The notes beneath the pieces were generated by a model. That model did no database searches. It was not told where the DNA came from and saw only the letters and a program-made list of their open reading frames with translations. Below, piece after piece: positions 25,098 to 38,770 of a stretch of DNA of 64,000 bases (its first letter is position 1; each line of letters opens with the position of its first letter). Source of the DNA: Octopus vulgaris (Eukaryota); assembly GCA_951406725.2 (NCBI GenBank), contig OX597829.1, positions 41,478,001 through 41,542,000 of the forward strand, written 5' to 3'. Position numbers and translations under genes: made by a program.

Positions 25098-25602
25098 TAG
25101 AGAGAGGTAGAACCTTGGTAGATCCAATATATTGGTTATCAAAGAGGTGCTCTCATTATTGCATTCTGAAAGGTAGTGAGCTGACTGAGCTGTTAACATG
25201 GTGGGTAAAATGGAATTTTGTCCATCTTTACATTGTGAGTTCAAATTCCACCGAGGTCAACTTTGCCTTTCTTTGTTTCGGGGTCAATGAAATAAGTGCT
25301 AATTGGACACTGAGGTTGATGTAATCAACTTAGCCCCTCCCCACAAAATTCCAAGCCTTGTGTCTAAAGTAGAAAGGATCATTGCATACTGAATATATGT
25401 ATCATTTCTGCCGTTGCTGCATAAAAGCACCCAATACACTCTGTAAAGTGGGTGTCGTGTTAGGAAGGGCATCTGGCTGTAGAAGCCATGCCAAAACAGA
25501 CAATTGGAACCTGAACAGCCCTTCAGTGGGTCAGCTCTTGTCAAACCGTCCAACTCATGCCAGCATAGAAAAACAAATGTTAAATGATGATGATGATAAT
25601 AA

Positions 25603-25822
25603 AAAGGCGGCAAGCTGGCAGAAAGGTTAGCATGCCGGGCGAAATGCGTAGCCGTATTTTGTCTGCTGCTATGTTCTGAGTTCAAATTCCGCCGAGGTCA
25701 ACTTTGCCTTTCATCCTCTCGAGGTTGATAAATTAAGTACTACTGGGGTCGATGTAATCAACTTAATCCGTTTGTCTGTCCTTGTTTGTCCCCTCTATGT
25801 TTAGCCCCTTGTGGGTAGTAAA
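25603..25822 (+). mobile_element. SINE family B
   Basis: Match to 5026-5258. Confidence 0.85.
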
Positions 25823-27016
25823 AAAACAGATGATGATGATGATGATGATGATGATGTTGATGATGTTGATGACATGTGTGTGTGTGTTGATACATTTGTG
25901 TAAAAGTGTGAGTATGAGCGCACATGTTTGTAAGTGTGTGCGTGCGTGTGTATGAGTATGTTTACACAACAGATTGAAAAGGAAATATTTTTGTAAATGT
26001 TTTAAAGATCTTTCCTGTTATATTGATTTATCGTTTCCACAGGAATCTCCTCCTCTGTCTTTCTCTCTCCTTTTCACTCTCAGCTTTGCACAGGAATTAA
26101 CCATCTCCCTTTCTCTTTCCTCCTTCTCTCTTCCTCTTTTACACACACACACATTCTCATTCTCCTTCCTTATGCCTCTGAAATTTTCTCCATCTTACAC
26201 AATTCTTTGTTGAAAGAAAGGAAATGAATGAGAAATAAAGAGAACTCAAACAGTAGTGGCTATGTGATCAAGAAGCCTGCTTCCTAATCATGTGATCTCA
26301 GGTTCAGTTCCCCTGTGTGGCACCTTGGGCAAGTATTTTCTACTAAAGTCCTGAACAGATCAAAGTCTTGTGAGTGAATTTGGTAGATGGAAACTAAAAG
26401 AAGACTATCTCATGTATAATACATATTGTACAATGCATAGATGCATATTGGTACAGATCAATGCCCGGTCATAGTGCTAGTGCATGCATATACAGCTGCG
26501 TGTGCACATACACGTGAGTACTGTCCAAATCTCTGACCAATCACGTACAGCTAGCTGGCATTCAATTGACGTATCAAGTTTCGGGCATTTTGATTGGGTT
26601 TGGGATAGAAAATTCACAAAAAAGTCACTTCTATTGATTTTTTTAATGGCTTTGTGAGGTGACTGGGGAAATGTAAAGATGTGCACGACCACCCTTGGAC
26701 GGTTTTAAATGACCATAGAAAGTGCGAGCCCTCTAACTGAAAAATTGTGGATTTGTATAAAGGATACACACACATACAGACAAACATTTTGCTGTTTATA
26801 TATAGAGAGATACACTCTTCATGAAATAATTTCATTGAAAGGAAACCCTGGATTTCAGCCACATAGAACCCTGTATTATATTCTTCCATACTAGCTTACA
26901 ATATGGTTTGTTAGCCGAGTTCTCTAGAGGAGCTTACTGTGATAGCTGAGTGATTCCAATGACTGAAACAAGTAACAAGATATAATGATGAATCTTGTAT
27001 TTTTTACTTGTTTCAG

Positions 27017-27412
27017 TCATCATCATCATTGTTTAACGTCCACTTTCCATGCTAGCATGGGTTGGACGAATGACTGAGGACTGGTGAACCAGATGGCTGC
27101 TCCAGGCTTCAATCTTGATCTGGCAGAGTTTCTACAGCTGGATGCCCTTACTAATGCCAACCACTCCGAGAGTGTAGTGGGTGCTTTTACATGCCACTGG
27201 CACGAGAGCCAGTCAAGCGGTACTGGCAACGACATTGCTCGAATCTTTTACACATGCCACCTGCACAGGTGCCAGTAAGGCGATGCTGGTAACGATCACA
27301 CTCAAATGGTGTCTTTTACGTGCCACCGGCACGGAAGCCAGATAGCCGCTCTGGCAACGATCATTCTCAGATGGTGCTCTTAATACCCTACTAGCACGGG
27401 GCTCGAGTGCCA
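27017..27412 (-). mobile_element. RTE LINE 3' UTR fragment
   Basis: Family match with (CAT)n. Confidence 0.85.
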
Positions 27413-28169
27413 AGAAGATAATTATTAATGAAGATTTTCATCATGTTTGAATTGAGAAAAATAAATTGATTGTTGGCAGATTTGGTGGTATTGCTTGTCT
27501 TGGAGGATGAGACATTACTATATGTTTCTGAAGAATTGACACCTGTTGTAGGGAAAAAATCAAAGAATTTTGCAAAGTTAAGGAGGACTAGTTCTGAAGT
27601 GAACAATTTGAGGAAAACCAGAGATTGTCAGGAATGGTGAGCATGTAAGTTGGAAGTGAAGAAGATAGCTGTTGTAGAGAGGAATAGAAGAATTTAACAT
27701 GGTTAAATGAAGATAACATTGAAACAAACCATTTGAAGGAAACTGAAGGGGCATTTTCAGATTCTCAGGAGTGGTGGCCTTAATGGCGAAGCACTCAAAT
27801 TGCATATGTACATAAGTTCACAGTGGTAACTCCGACGGTGAGAAGAAGAGAAGAATTTTGGAAGAACCTTCTCGAAATGCGAACATTGTGGTGTTGGGAG
27901 CACAGCAAGCAGCAAATGTGGAAAGTGTTCTTTCTCTGCAGGGGTACTGCTTATGGAGCCATTATGGTTGAAGAAAAAAAGGTAGGCAAGACGAATCCGC
28001 AAAGTTAGTAGATATGATTTTGGCAAGGGGCCCAAAAAACACTGGCGGCTACGGTTTGGGAGGTGGGAGGGCTTGCAAATTACATGATGCATGTAAATTA
28101 TCTTATGCATATATACATGTACATATACACACAGACACATGCATATTTATATATATGTGTATGTGTATA

Positions 28170-28207
<38 letters not shown>

Positions 28208-28247
28208 CATATATATATACATATATATATAAATGCATGTATGTATG

Positions 28248-28287
<40 letters not shown>

Positions 28288-28329
28288 AATATATATATAT
28301 ATATATATATAAATGCCTGTATGTATGTA

Positions 28330-28375
<46 letters not shown>

Positions 28376-28703
28376 GTATGTATATTTATGCATACACACA
28401 TGTTTATATAGCTTCATGCAAGTTCTTTAGTTCAAACCACTGAGTTCAGGCCATGTTTGAGCACCACCTTATGCACTGCAGCAGCTTGCTTTATTTAGTG
28501 TTTACTTAGTATTTCTAACTTTTTTTTTTTTTTTAGTGTTTGTGTTATTATAAATATATTTTCCTAACACGCATGTGTGCGTGTTTAGTTATTCAGTTCA
28601 TGTTTCAGTTTACATTGTAAGACGTTACTCTTCGTTGAATATTGCTGACTGAAGATGCGTATAGACTTATTTTTATGCGTGTATGTGTGCATGTACATGT
28701 CTG

Positions 28704-28742
<39 letters not shown>

Positions 28743-28786
28743 ATCAGATTGAGTATACGTTTTTACGTCTGTATAAGAATATGTTA

Positions 28787-28827
<41 letters not shown>

Positions 28828-29166
28828 CATTTGTTTTTTAGTGTGTATGTTATGTTATGTATGTGTGTCTGTGAGTGTGTTTACATAATAGATTGGAAAA
28901 GAAATATTTTGAAAATGTTTTAAAAGTCTTTACTGCTCAGATGATCTATCGTTTCCACATGAAAAATGTCTCCTTCTGTTACAACTTCTCTTCATATCTT
29001 CATCTTTTTTTTTCTCTCCCAAGCTTCCCTGCCTCTCTCACCTACTCTCTCTCTCTCTCTCTCTCTCTCTCCCATTCCTTCTCTCTCCATCTCTTTCACT
29101 TGCTTCCAAAAGATGTACATTACCCATTACTGCATACATCATCGTTTATCATCCTTGCCATCATCG

Positions 29167-29197
<31 letters not shown>

Positions 29198-29879
29198 AAT
29201 CATTTAATGACCGTTTTTTCATGCTGGCATTGGTCGGACCATTTGACAAGAGCTGACAAACTGCAGTGCTGCACTAGGTTCCAACTGTCTGTTTTTGACA
29301 CAGTTTCTACAGCTAGATGTAATGCCAGACTCTTCACAGAGTGTACGTGGTGCCATTTACATGGCACCAGTGATTTTTATATCATTTTTATATCATGACC
29401 TAATCATAGGTACTCAGAAGTCATCATCATCATTATCATCATCATCATCATTTAACGTCCGCTTTCTATGCTAGCATGGGTTGGACGATTTGAACATGTA
29501 TATTCAGGATCAATTAAGTGCCTTATAGTCATGGTACATAACACACTGTACCAATATCTGGTCTTCCCTGTGAATGTACTATGGTACCCAACATGGTGTA
29601 CCAATATCAATAAAAGTAAATGTATGTATACACACACACACACATGCATACATACAACACACATTTATATATACACATACATATATATACACACACACAT
29701 GCATACATACAACACACATTTATATATACACATACATATATACACGCACACATGCATACATACAACACACATTTATTTATGTGGCCCCAACACCAGCGCT
29801 TTTTTTCTTGGTACCAAAGCAGGTGCTTTTAACATGGCACCAGCATAGGTACTTTTTAATGTGGCACGAGCATATATAT

Positions 29880-30275
29880 TTGCTACCAAAATCAAATTTG
29901 ATGACTGGCATCTGTGCTAGCAGGGTGCAAAGAGCACCATATGAGTGTGATCGTTGACAGAGTGGCTAACCGGCTTCCGTGCCAGTGGCACTTAAAAGGC
30001 ATCATTCGAGTGTGCTCATTACCAGTGTTGCCTTACTGGCACTTGTGCCCCATGCTAGTAGGGTGCTAAGAGCAACATCCGAGTGTGATTGTTGCCAGAG
30101 CGGCTAACTGGCTTCCATGCCGGTGCCATGTAGGAGGCACCATTCGAGCGGCATCATTACCAGCGTCGCCTTACTGGCACTTGTACCGGTGGCATGTATA
30201 AAAACATTCGAGCGAGATCATTGCCAGTACTGCCTGACTGGCCCCCATGCCAGTGGCATGTAAAAGCACCCATTG
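29880..30275 (+). mobile_element. RTE LINE 3' UTR repeat array, tail missing
   Basis: Collinear with 52410-52865. Confidence 0.8.
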
Positions 30276-30321
30276 GTGTTACGATCAAGATCAAGATTAA
30301 ACCAGTTGTATTTGTCCCAAA

Positions 30322-30554
30322 TACTCTTTTACTTTTTTACTTGTTTCAGTCATTTGATTGTAGCCATGCTGGAGCACTGCCTTTAATCGAGTACATCGAC
30401 CCCAGGACTTATTCTTTGTAAGCCTAGTACTTATTCTATCGGTCTCTTTTGCCGAACCGCTAAGTCACGGGGCCATAAACACACCACCATCGGTTGTCAA
30501 GCGATGTTGGGGGACAATCACAGACACACAAACATATACACAAACATACACACA

Positions 30555-30586
<32 letters not shown>

Positions 30587-30748
30587 CGACGAGCTTCTTT
30601 CAGTTTCTGTCTACCAAATCCACTCACAAGGCTTTGGTCGGCCCGAGGCTATAGTAGAAGACACTTACCTAAGGTGCTGCGCAGTAGGAGTGAATCCGGA
30701 ACCATGTGGTTGGTAAGCAAGCTACTTACTAAACAGCCACTCCTGTGA
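30322..30748 (-). mobile_element. SINE family A
   Basis: Full-length match. Confidence 0.9.
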
Positions 30749-31099
30749 CTATGGACCCTTTGATTATTATTTTATTCTGGTGGACCCTATAACCATACTG
30801 TGTTTAAAATCTAGTTTTATATATATATATATTCTGGTAGTTTTGACATTTTACTGATAAATAGTGTTTAATGATGACTCAGCTTCACTGACGTATATAT
30901 ATGCATCTGGTCATCCTTAAGAACAACTGAGACTTGCACTGTCAGATTCACTCCCTCACTTATGGACCATCTTCAGTCCAATGGCAAGACCAGGTCAAGA
31001 CAACTGGGAGATGGAAACGGATGCAGCAGATGACCAAGTTGCCTTTTTTCCCCCCTCATCTTGCTCTCTGCACTTCACAATGTATTGCTGCAGCTGCTT

Positions 31100-31475
31100 T
31101 GTTTGTTTGTTTGTTGAGCGTAGCGGTCTTCATCCCTTAGTGGGAGAAGTTCAAAACGTGGTCCTTTGCTATTCGTAAGACCCGCAGAAGAGAAAGCAGG
31201 TCAACTCCCGACACCCGGAGCATCGACGGATGGATGAATGTGCATCCAGGCTCAGCGGTTGTGTAGGAAGTCGAGGACAAGAAACGGGAAGGAAGAATGA
31301 GAGAAAGTTGGAGCGAAAGAGTACATCAGGGGTCGCCACCACCCCCTGCCAGAGCCTCGTGGAGCTTTAGGTGTTTTCGCTCAATAAACACACACAACAC
31401 CCAGTCTGAGAATCGAAACCACGATCCTCCAACTGCGAGTCTGCTGCCCTAACCATTGGGCCATTGCACCTCCAC
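31100..31475 (-). mobile_element. tRNA-derived SINE family D with (AAAC)n tail
   Basis: Reverse complement of 33633-34009; TSD TTGCTGCAGCYGCTTT. Confidence 0.9.
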
Positions 31476-31631
31476 TTGCTGCAGCCGCTTTCCTTTCTGT
31501 TTAAACTGAGTCTTTTCAACCATTTATCTATGGACCCCTTTGATTACTGTTTTTTAATTCTAGTGGACCCCCATTTGATGTTTCAAATTCCTATTTTGTT
31601 TTTCCTACATTAACTTGTGAAGGTTGAACTA

Positions 31632-32024
31632 TACTCTTTTACTCTTTTACTTGTTTCAGTCATTTGACTGCGGCCATGCTGGAGCACCGCCTTTAGTCGA
31701 GCAAATCGACCCCGGGACTTATTCTTTGTAAGCCCAGTACTTATTCTATCAGTCTCTTTTGCCGAACCGCTAAGTGACGGGGACGTAAACACACCAGCAT
31801 CGGTTGTCAAGCAATGCTAGAGGGACAAACACAGACACACACACATATATATATATATATACGACAGGCTTCTTTCAGTTTCCGTCTACCAAATCCACTC
31901 ACAAGGCATTGGTCGGCCCGGAGCTATAGCAGAAGACACCTGCCCAAGATGCCACGCAGTGGGACTGAACCCGGAACCATGTAGTTGGTTAGCAAGCTAC
32001 TTACCACACAGCCACTCCTGCACC
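31632..32024 (-). mobile_element. SINE family A
   Basis: Full-length match. Confidence 0.9.
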
Positions 32025-32379
32025 TATATAAAATATTTAGAGAAAGAATACATGCCAACAGACACATCTGAAGTGAAATTTTTTCAGGGTCCCTAAAAAT
32101 ACTATTGTGGATACCTAATTTACTATTTTATTGAGTGGACCCCCAAAAAATCTTATATGGATCCCAATTGAGAAACACTGATTTACGCCATCCCCCAAAT
32201 CACACACATACCTGTTATATACATGTACAAATGTATTCATTTGTCTCTATTTGTTTTTGTTTTGCTTTCATCTGAAGTAAGGTGCTGCAACAAACTTCCC
32301 ACAGTCTGTGAGATAGATACGATCAATTGCAAGTTGATAGCAGTAGGAAAATACTGTTATTAATATGGCCAAGGATAAT

Positions 32380-33240
32380 GCTGTGAGCTGGAAGAGCTGT
32401 TAGCATTTTCAAACAAAATACTAAGTGGTATCTTGTCTGTCTTTATAATCTGAGTTTGAATTTCACTGTGGTTGATTTTTGCCTTTCATCCTTTCAGGGT
32501 CAACAAACTAAGCAGCAGCTGAACATTGAGGTCAATTTAATTGACTTACCTGCTTCTCTCCAAATTGCTGGTCTTCTGCCAAAATTTGAAACCATTGTTA
32601 TGAGCAGGAATAGGGTGGCAAGCTCGTAGAATTTTTAGCATGCTGGACTAAATGCTTGGCAGTATTTTGATATTTTTTCCATATTTACATTCTGGTTTCC
32701 AATGCTTTTGAGGTCAACTTTATCTTTCATCCTTTTGGGGTCAATTAAATGTGCTCCTTCCCACCAAATCACAGGCCTTGTGCCTATGGTAGAAAAGATT
32801 ATTATGGGCTGGGATAAGGTGGTGAGCAGGCATAATTATTAGCATACCAGACAAAATGCTTAGCAGCATTTCTTTTGGTTTTATGTTCTGAGTTCAAACT
32901 CTGTTGCAGTCAGCTTTAGCTTTCATACTTTTGGTGGTGTTGGTGGTGCTGGGGGTTTGATGAAATAAGTTACCTAAAACTACTGGCCTTGTTCCAAAAT
33001 TTGAAACCATTAAAAGTAATGAGCTGGCAGAATCATTATAAAAATGCTTATCAGCTTTTCTACCAACAGCATTTCTACCAGCATTTTATGCTCTGTCTCA
33101 TTCTAAGTTCAAATTACACCGAGGTCAACTTTGCCTTTCATTGTTTTGGGATTGGTAAAATAAGTACCAGCTGAGCAGTAGGGTTGATGTAATTGACTAG
33201 CTCAACAAATTTCAGACCTTGTGCCTATAATAGAAAGACA
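32380..33240 (+). mobile_element. Cluster of four decayed SINE-B-related copies
   Basis: Repeated degenerate GAGTTCAAAT..GAGGTCAACTTTGCCTTTCAT cores. Confidence 0.7.
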
Positions 33241-33294
33241 TTATTATTGGCAGGGATAGATTTCCAGAAGCCTATTGATGTGGGAGTGATTGAC

Positions 33295-34222
33295 AGCCAT
33301 GTAACCAGATAGCTGTTTTACTGTGAGCTCACGCAGGGCTCACACAGGACTCATGCAGGGCTCATGTAGGGCTCACACAGGATCATGTAGGGCTCATGTA
33401 GGGCTCACACAGGGCTCATACAGTGCTCATTCAGGGTTCATGCTGGGCACATTCATGTGCCCAGCATGAGCCCATGTAAACATGAGCCCACACAAACAAA
33501 GAAGGCCTAAAGTGAAGTACAAGGACACACTGGAAAGCAACCTCAAATGAAGCAGCATTAATCCACACAAGCTTGAAGTCTGCTACAGATAGATTGGCAT
33601 GGAAGTCTCTCACCTCATGAGCAGCAGCTACTGTGGAGGCACAACGGCCCAGTGGTTAGGGCCGCGGACTCGCAGTCAGAGGTTTGCAGTTTCGATTCCC
33701 AGACCGGGCGTCGTGTGTGCTTATTGAGTGAAAACACCTAAAACTCCACGAGGCTCCGGCAGGGGGTGGTGGCAACCCCTGTTGTACTCTTTCGCTCCAA
33801 CTTTCTCTCTCACTCTTTCTTCCTGTTTCTTGCCCCAACTTCCTACGCAACCGCTGAGCCTGGATGCACATTCATCCATCCGTCGATGCTCCGGGTGCCG
33901 GGGGTTGACCTGCTTTCTCTTCTGCGGGTTTGACGAATGGCAAAGGACCACGTTTCGGACTTCTCCCACTACAGCTGGGACGAAGACCACTTCGCTCAAC
34001 AAACAAACAAGCAGCAGCTACCTCCGAAAAGGACTGGTGACAGCATTTCACTGCTGCAGGAGAAATACTTTGCAGGGTAGCATCTGCCTCAATCCGGTCA
34101 ACAGGTCATCATTATGACATCTGTGGGTGCTTGTGTGCTTCCAGCTTTGGACTGTGGAGTCACATGTGCTCTCAACACTGAGAACTCAGAATTTGTCATC
34201 GTCAGACACCGATGGACTACCA
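33295..34222 (+). mobile_element. Decayed RTE (BovB-like) LINE 3' end, interrupted by a ~12-bp minisatellite (33330-33490) and SINE D
   Basis: Remnants LFYCEL, KYKDTL and DICGCLCASSFGLWSHMCS; terminus GTCATCGTCAGACACCGATGGACTACC. Confidence 0.65.
33633..34009 (+). mobile_element. tRNA-derived SINE family D
   Basis: Head GGCCCAGTGGTTAGG...GTTTCGATTCCC; (AAAC)n tail; TSD AGCAGCAGCTAC. Confidence 0.9.
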
Positions 34223-35226
34223 AAATAATTGATGTGGACAAAATAATTGATGTGGGGATGAGTTTGGAGTGGATGTAGTTTTCTTTAATTTAAGGTCATG
34301 TGGGAAGTGGACGCTATATAAGTGACCATACATAAAAAGTGAGTGATTTGGGAGCAACATGAGACCATCTGTCCCTTATAATATCTGAACAAAAAGCAGA
34401 GAGAGCAGACACAATGTCTGTGAAATTACAAGCAGAAATGTGTTTATGAGTTAGTTAATTAACACTAATTAGTTGCATAATATTTTCTGCTTTTCATGAA
34501 CAATATTTATGATTACAAACACACTAAGATATAAATAAATGCAAACACACACATGCTTGTTCACATACATGCAAACACACACAAACATACATGCACATAT
34601 GCACACATACTCACACAAACGCACACACACACACACAAACACACACAGAGAAACACATAAGAATATACAGAGACAAAATCATGTTCTACTCACAAAAAAT
34701 ATATATACATGGTCATAGGCACAAATCACAATCTCTCTCTTTCTCCCTCACTCATGCTCAGACTCATATACTTGCACATGCACACACAGACTCACACATA
34801 CCACTTTTACTCAATCATACATACACATACAAACTCCAAACTCACATACATACAAAAAAACTCCCTATTCACGTACACACAAGCTCACACACAATCATAG
34901 ACATGTACACACATGAACATATTAAAATAATCACACACTCATACACATACACACATTCATCTACAGAAAGTCCCCCAGACAGACACCGAATACACACAAA
35001 TACACACACACATGCACACACACATATAAATGCACACACATTCATCAACAGAAAGTCCCTCAGACTGACAACGAACACACACACACACATGCACATATAT
35101 ATGAGCATAAGCACATGCAAACACAAAATCCACCCATACACACATACAAAATCAAACAGTCTCATACACGCACAAACACACACGCACACACACACACATA
35201 CACACACACACACACACACCCACACA

Positions 35227-35257
<31 letters not shown>

Positions 35258-35559
35258 CATTCAAATCTGTCCTGCAACGTATAAAACCATGGGAACTAAG
35301 ATTAAAGGTGAAGGGAAAAAGATCTACGAAAAGTCAAAGAAAATTTCTTGGAATTTATTCTGTGTGGGAAAATCAGGAATTGTACCCGACTCAATATAAT
35401 GTACCCTGTGTAATGTAATGTAACTAGCTGAAAGTGCTTTCATTGGCCAACGCACACTGTGTTGGTAGACAAGGAAATGAAATTTTGAGTAACAGGATGC
35501 TATGAGCTGGAACTATTTCCAGAATACACACACGCACACATACACTTGTGTATATGTGG

Positions 35560-35592
<33 letters not shown>

Positions 35593-35679
35593 TATTAGAG
35601 ACAAAACCACTATTTTGCAAAACAAACAAGGAAAGACTTAATCAATACATAAAATTTTAATAAATAGTCAAAAAAACCG

Positions 35680-35722
35680 CCACTACAATTGTTTCTTGTC
35701 CTGATCGACAATCTTCAGGTGG
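35680..35722 (-). ncRNA. Minimal type I hammerhead ribozyme (complete core)
   Basis: CCAC-CTGAAGA-TTGTC-GATCAG-GACAA-GAAAC-AATT-GTA-GTGG. Confidence 0.85.
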
Positions 35723-35756
35723 ACTTCCAATAAGTCAGTTTTGACTTATTGGAAGT

Positions 35757-35799
35757 CCACCTGAAGATTGTCGATCAAGACAAGAAACGATTGTAGTGG
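35757..35799 (+). ncRNA. Minimal type I hammerhead ribozyme (complete core)
   Basis: CCAC-CTGAAGA-TTGTC-GATCAA-GACAA-GAAAC-GATT-GTA-GTGG. Confidence 0.85.
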
Positions 35800-35983
35800 C
35801 GGTTTTTTTGACTATTTATTAAAATTTTATGTATTGATTAAGTCTTTCCTTGTTTGTTTTGCAAAATAGTGGTTTTGTCTCTAATAATTTTTTATAATAT
35901 TTTACTATAAAATTGGATTTAATCCTAAATCTGATTTTTTTCCCTGTAAATTTGGATTTATTCCCTAATATTTATTATTATAC

Positions 35984-36032
<49 letters not shown>

Positions 36033-36051
36033 GAGAGAGATAAATAGATAC

Positions 36052-36082
<31 letters not shown>

Positions 36083-36095
36083 TGTATGTATGTAC

Positions 36096-36158
<63 letters not shown>

Positions 36159-36267
36159 TATATAGTCAATCCAAACAAGAACAAGCAAGAAAAAGAGACA
36201 GCAATGCAAGGATGTGGACCAAGTACTGTGTTATTGGATGCTCAGGAAAGGAAAGAAAAGAAAGAGG

Positions 36268-36302
36268 ATTTCACATTTCGAGCAGAGCTCTTCATCAGAA
36301 AT
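36268..36302 (-). ncRNA. Minimal hammerhead motif with a decayed cleavage region
   Basis: ATTT-CTGATGA-A-GAGC-TCT-GCTC-GAAA-TGTG-AAAT. Confidence 0.6.
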
Positions 36303-36374
36303 ATAGAAAAAGTCCAAAGAAGGGAAGACAGAGAAAGAAAATCGCCAACGATACACACACGGTCACATACTGAA

Positions 36375-36375
<1 letters not shown>

Positions 36376-36428
<53 letters not shown>

Positions 36429-37170
36429 ATGCATGTATGCATGCATGTATGTATGTATGTATATATGTATGTATGCATGTATGTATGCATGAATATATGT
36501 ATGTATGTATGTATGCATGTATGTATGCATGTTTGTATGTATATACGTAAGCATGTGTGTATGCATGTATGTATGCATGAATATATGTATTATGTATGTA
36601 TGCATGCATGTATGCATGTATGCATGTATGTATGCATGTATGTATGTATGTAGGTATGCATGCATGTATGTATGCATGTATGTATGTATGCATGTATGTA
36701 TGTATGCATGAATATATATATGTATGTATGTATGCATGTATGTATGCATGTATGTATGCATGAATATATGTATGTATGTATGCATGTATGTATGCATAAA
36801 TATATGTATGTATGTTTGCATGTATGTATGTATGTTTGTATGCATGTATGTATGTATATACGTATGCATGTATGTATGCATGTATGTATGCATGAATGTA
36901 TGTATGTATGCATGTATGTATGCAAGCATGTATGTATGTATGTATGCATGTAAGTATGTATATATGTATGCATGTATGTATGCATGAATATATGTATGTA
37001 TGTATGCATGTATGTATGTATGCATGTATGTATGCATGTATGCATATATGTATGTATGTATGCATCTATGTATGCATGTATGTATACATGAATATATGTG
37101 TGTATGTATGTATAACAAACATATCTATGCATATATATATAAATATATATATATGTATATATTTGTGTGT
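36376..37170. repeat. (GT)n followed by an (ATGT/ATGC)n compound microsatellite
   Basis: Directly visible. Confidence 0.95.
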
Positions 37171-37679
37171 GTGTGTTGTATACAATAGCAGGCTGGCAGT
37201 ATCATTAACTTGTTGGGCAAAATGCTTTGCAACATTTCTTCCAGCTCTTTACATTTTGAGTTCAAATCCTGCTGGAGTCAACTTGGCCTTTTGTCTCTTT
37301 GGGATCAATAAAATAAAGTACCAATGAAGTCCTCAACGAAGTCCTCAGACTTACCCTCTACTCAAAATTGCTGGTGTCCTGTTCATGAGGTATGTTGTGA
37401 GCTAAAGCACTTATTTGCTATGAAAACTGACTAACTGGACTGATGAGGCCTAGAACTCAAAACCGAAACCATAAAAAAAAAAAAAATTAGATGCCAGCAT
37501 GGCTGTATGGTAAGAAGTTTCCTTCCAAGTAACTTGGTTCTGGGTTCAGTCCTATTGTATGGCACCTTGGGCAAATGTTTTCTACTATAGCCTCAGGTCA
37601 ACCAAAGCCTTATGAGTGGATTTGGTAAATGGAAACTGAAAGAAACTCACTGTATATTTATATATATATATAAATAAAT

Positions 37680-37975
37680 ACCAAATGGAAATTGCAGTTG
37701 TGATACCTGTGCCAGTGGCACGTAAAAAGCACCATCCGAACGTGGCCAATGTCAGCACCACCTTGACTGGCTTCTGTGCTGGTGGCACGTAAAAAGCACC
37801 AACCGATCATGGCCGCTGCCAGCCTCCCCTGGCACTTGTGCCGGTGGCATGTAAAACGCACCCACTACACTCACAACTGTCAAGATGTGATTGATCTTGT
37901 ATGGTGTGGTATCCTGTGCCAGTTAGCATGTGTTTCTATGTGTGCAGAATGTTGTGTGGTGTGCTACTGTGTGGG

Positions 37976-38025
<50 letters not shown>

Positions 38026-38302
38026 GTTGTGATACCTGTGACGGTGGCACATAAAAAGCACCATCTGAACGTGGCCAATGCCAGCACTGCCTTGACTGGC
38101 TTCTGTGCCGGTGGCACATAAAAAGCACCAACCAATTGTGACCACTGCCAGCCTCCCCAGGCACTTGTGCTGGTGGCACATAAAAAGCACCCACTACACT
38201 CACGGAGTGGTTGGCGTTAAGAAGGGCATACAGCTGTAGAAACACTGCCAGATCAGACTGGAGCTAGCATGGAAAACGGACGTTAAACGAAGATGATGAT
38301 GA
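37680..38302 (+). mobile_element. Two adjacent RTE 3' UTR fragments (37680-37875, 38025-38302)
   Basis: Family match. Confidence 0.8.
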
Positions 38303-38449
38303 TATATATATATCAGCAGAAATTGCGAGAATAATCTGGTGCTTGACTGCCCTTGTTTTCTTTGTATCGTCTATCTGGATGTTTTTGCTGTTCCTTTTTG
38401 TATCACCTAGCTGTACGGATGTTTTGCGTTCTTATCCCATTTTGTATTT

Positions 38450-38488
<39 letters not shown>

Positions 38489-38711
38489 TATATATATATA
38501 TATTGTAATAATAAATCTCTGAACGAGATGTAAACAGTAACCGCTCGACAACGTAAAGTATACTAGGCATCAATATGGCTAACCACTAAGGGTGGGTGTT
38601 ACTCTAGCTTTTAGCCCCAGGAGATCATCGTCTTCAGCTGGCTTTAGGCACACTATCTGTGCCCTTATGGTATTTGTAAAGGGATGACCTCCCTTTGCAA
38701 ATACATATTTA

Positions 38712-38770
<59 letters not shown>

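Larger units (their letters stand above)
35583..35896. repeat. Near-perfect ~155-bp-arm palindrome with a 4-nt loop (35738-35741)
   Basis: ...TTCCAATAAGTCA-GTTT-TGACTTATTGGAA...; the arms differ at only a few positions. Confidence 0.95.

Noticed and set aside
27420-28000. Possible coding or retroelement N-terminal remnant
   Set aside because: Multiple stops and no motif I can assign with confidence.
33633-33710. Functional tRNA gene (also 14195-14262)
   Set aside because: Acceptor and anticodon stems are poor and the sequence continues into a TSD-flanked element body.
34591-37327. His/Thr- or Tyr/Val/Cys/Met-rich ORFs here and throughout the window
   Set aside because: Artefacts of (CA)n, (TA)n and (ATGT)n microsatellites.
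38669-38704. 15-bp hairpin as an intrinsic terminator or miRNA
   Set aside because: Eukaryotic context, too short for a pre-miRNA, and probably part of a repeat end between (TA)n tracts.
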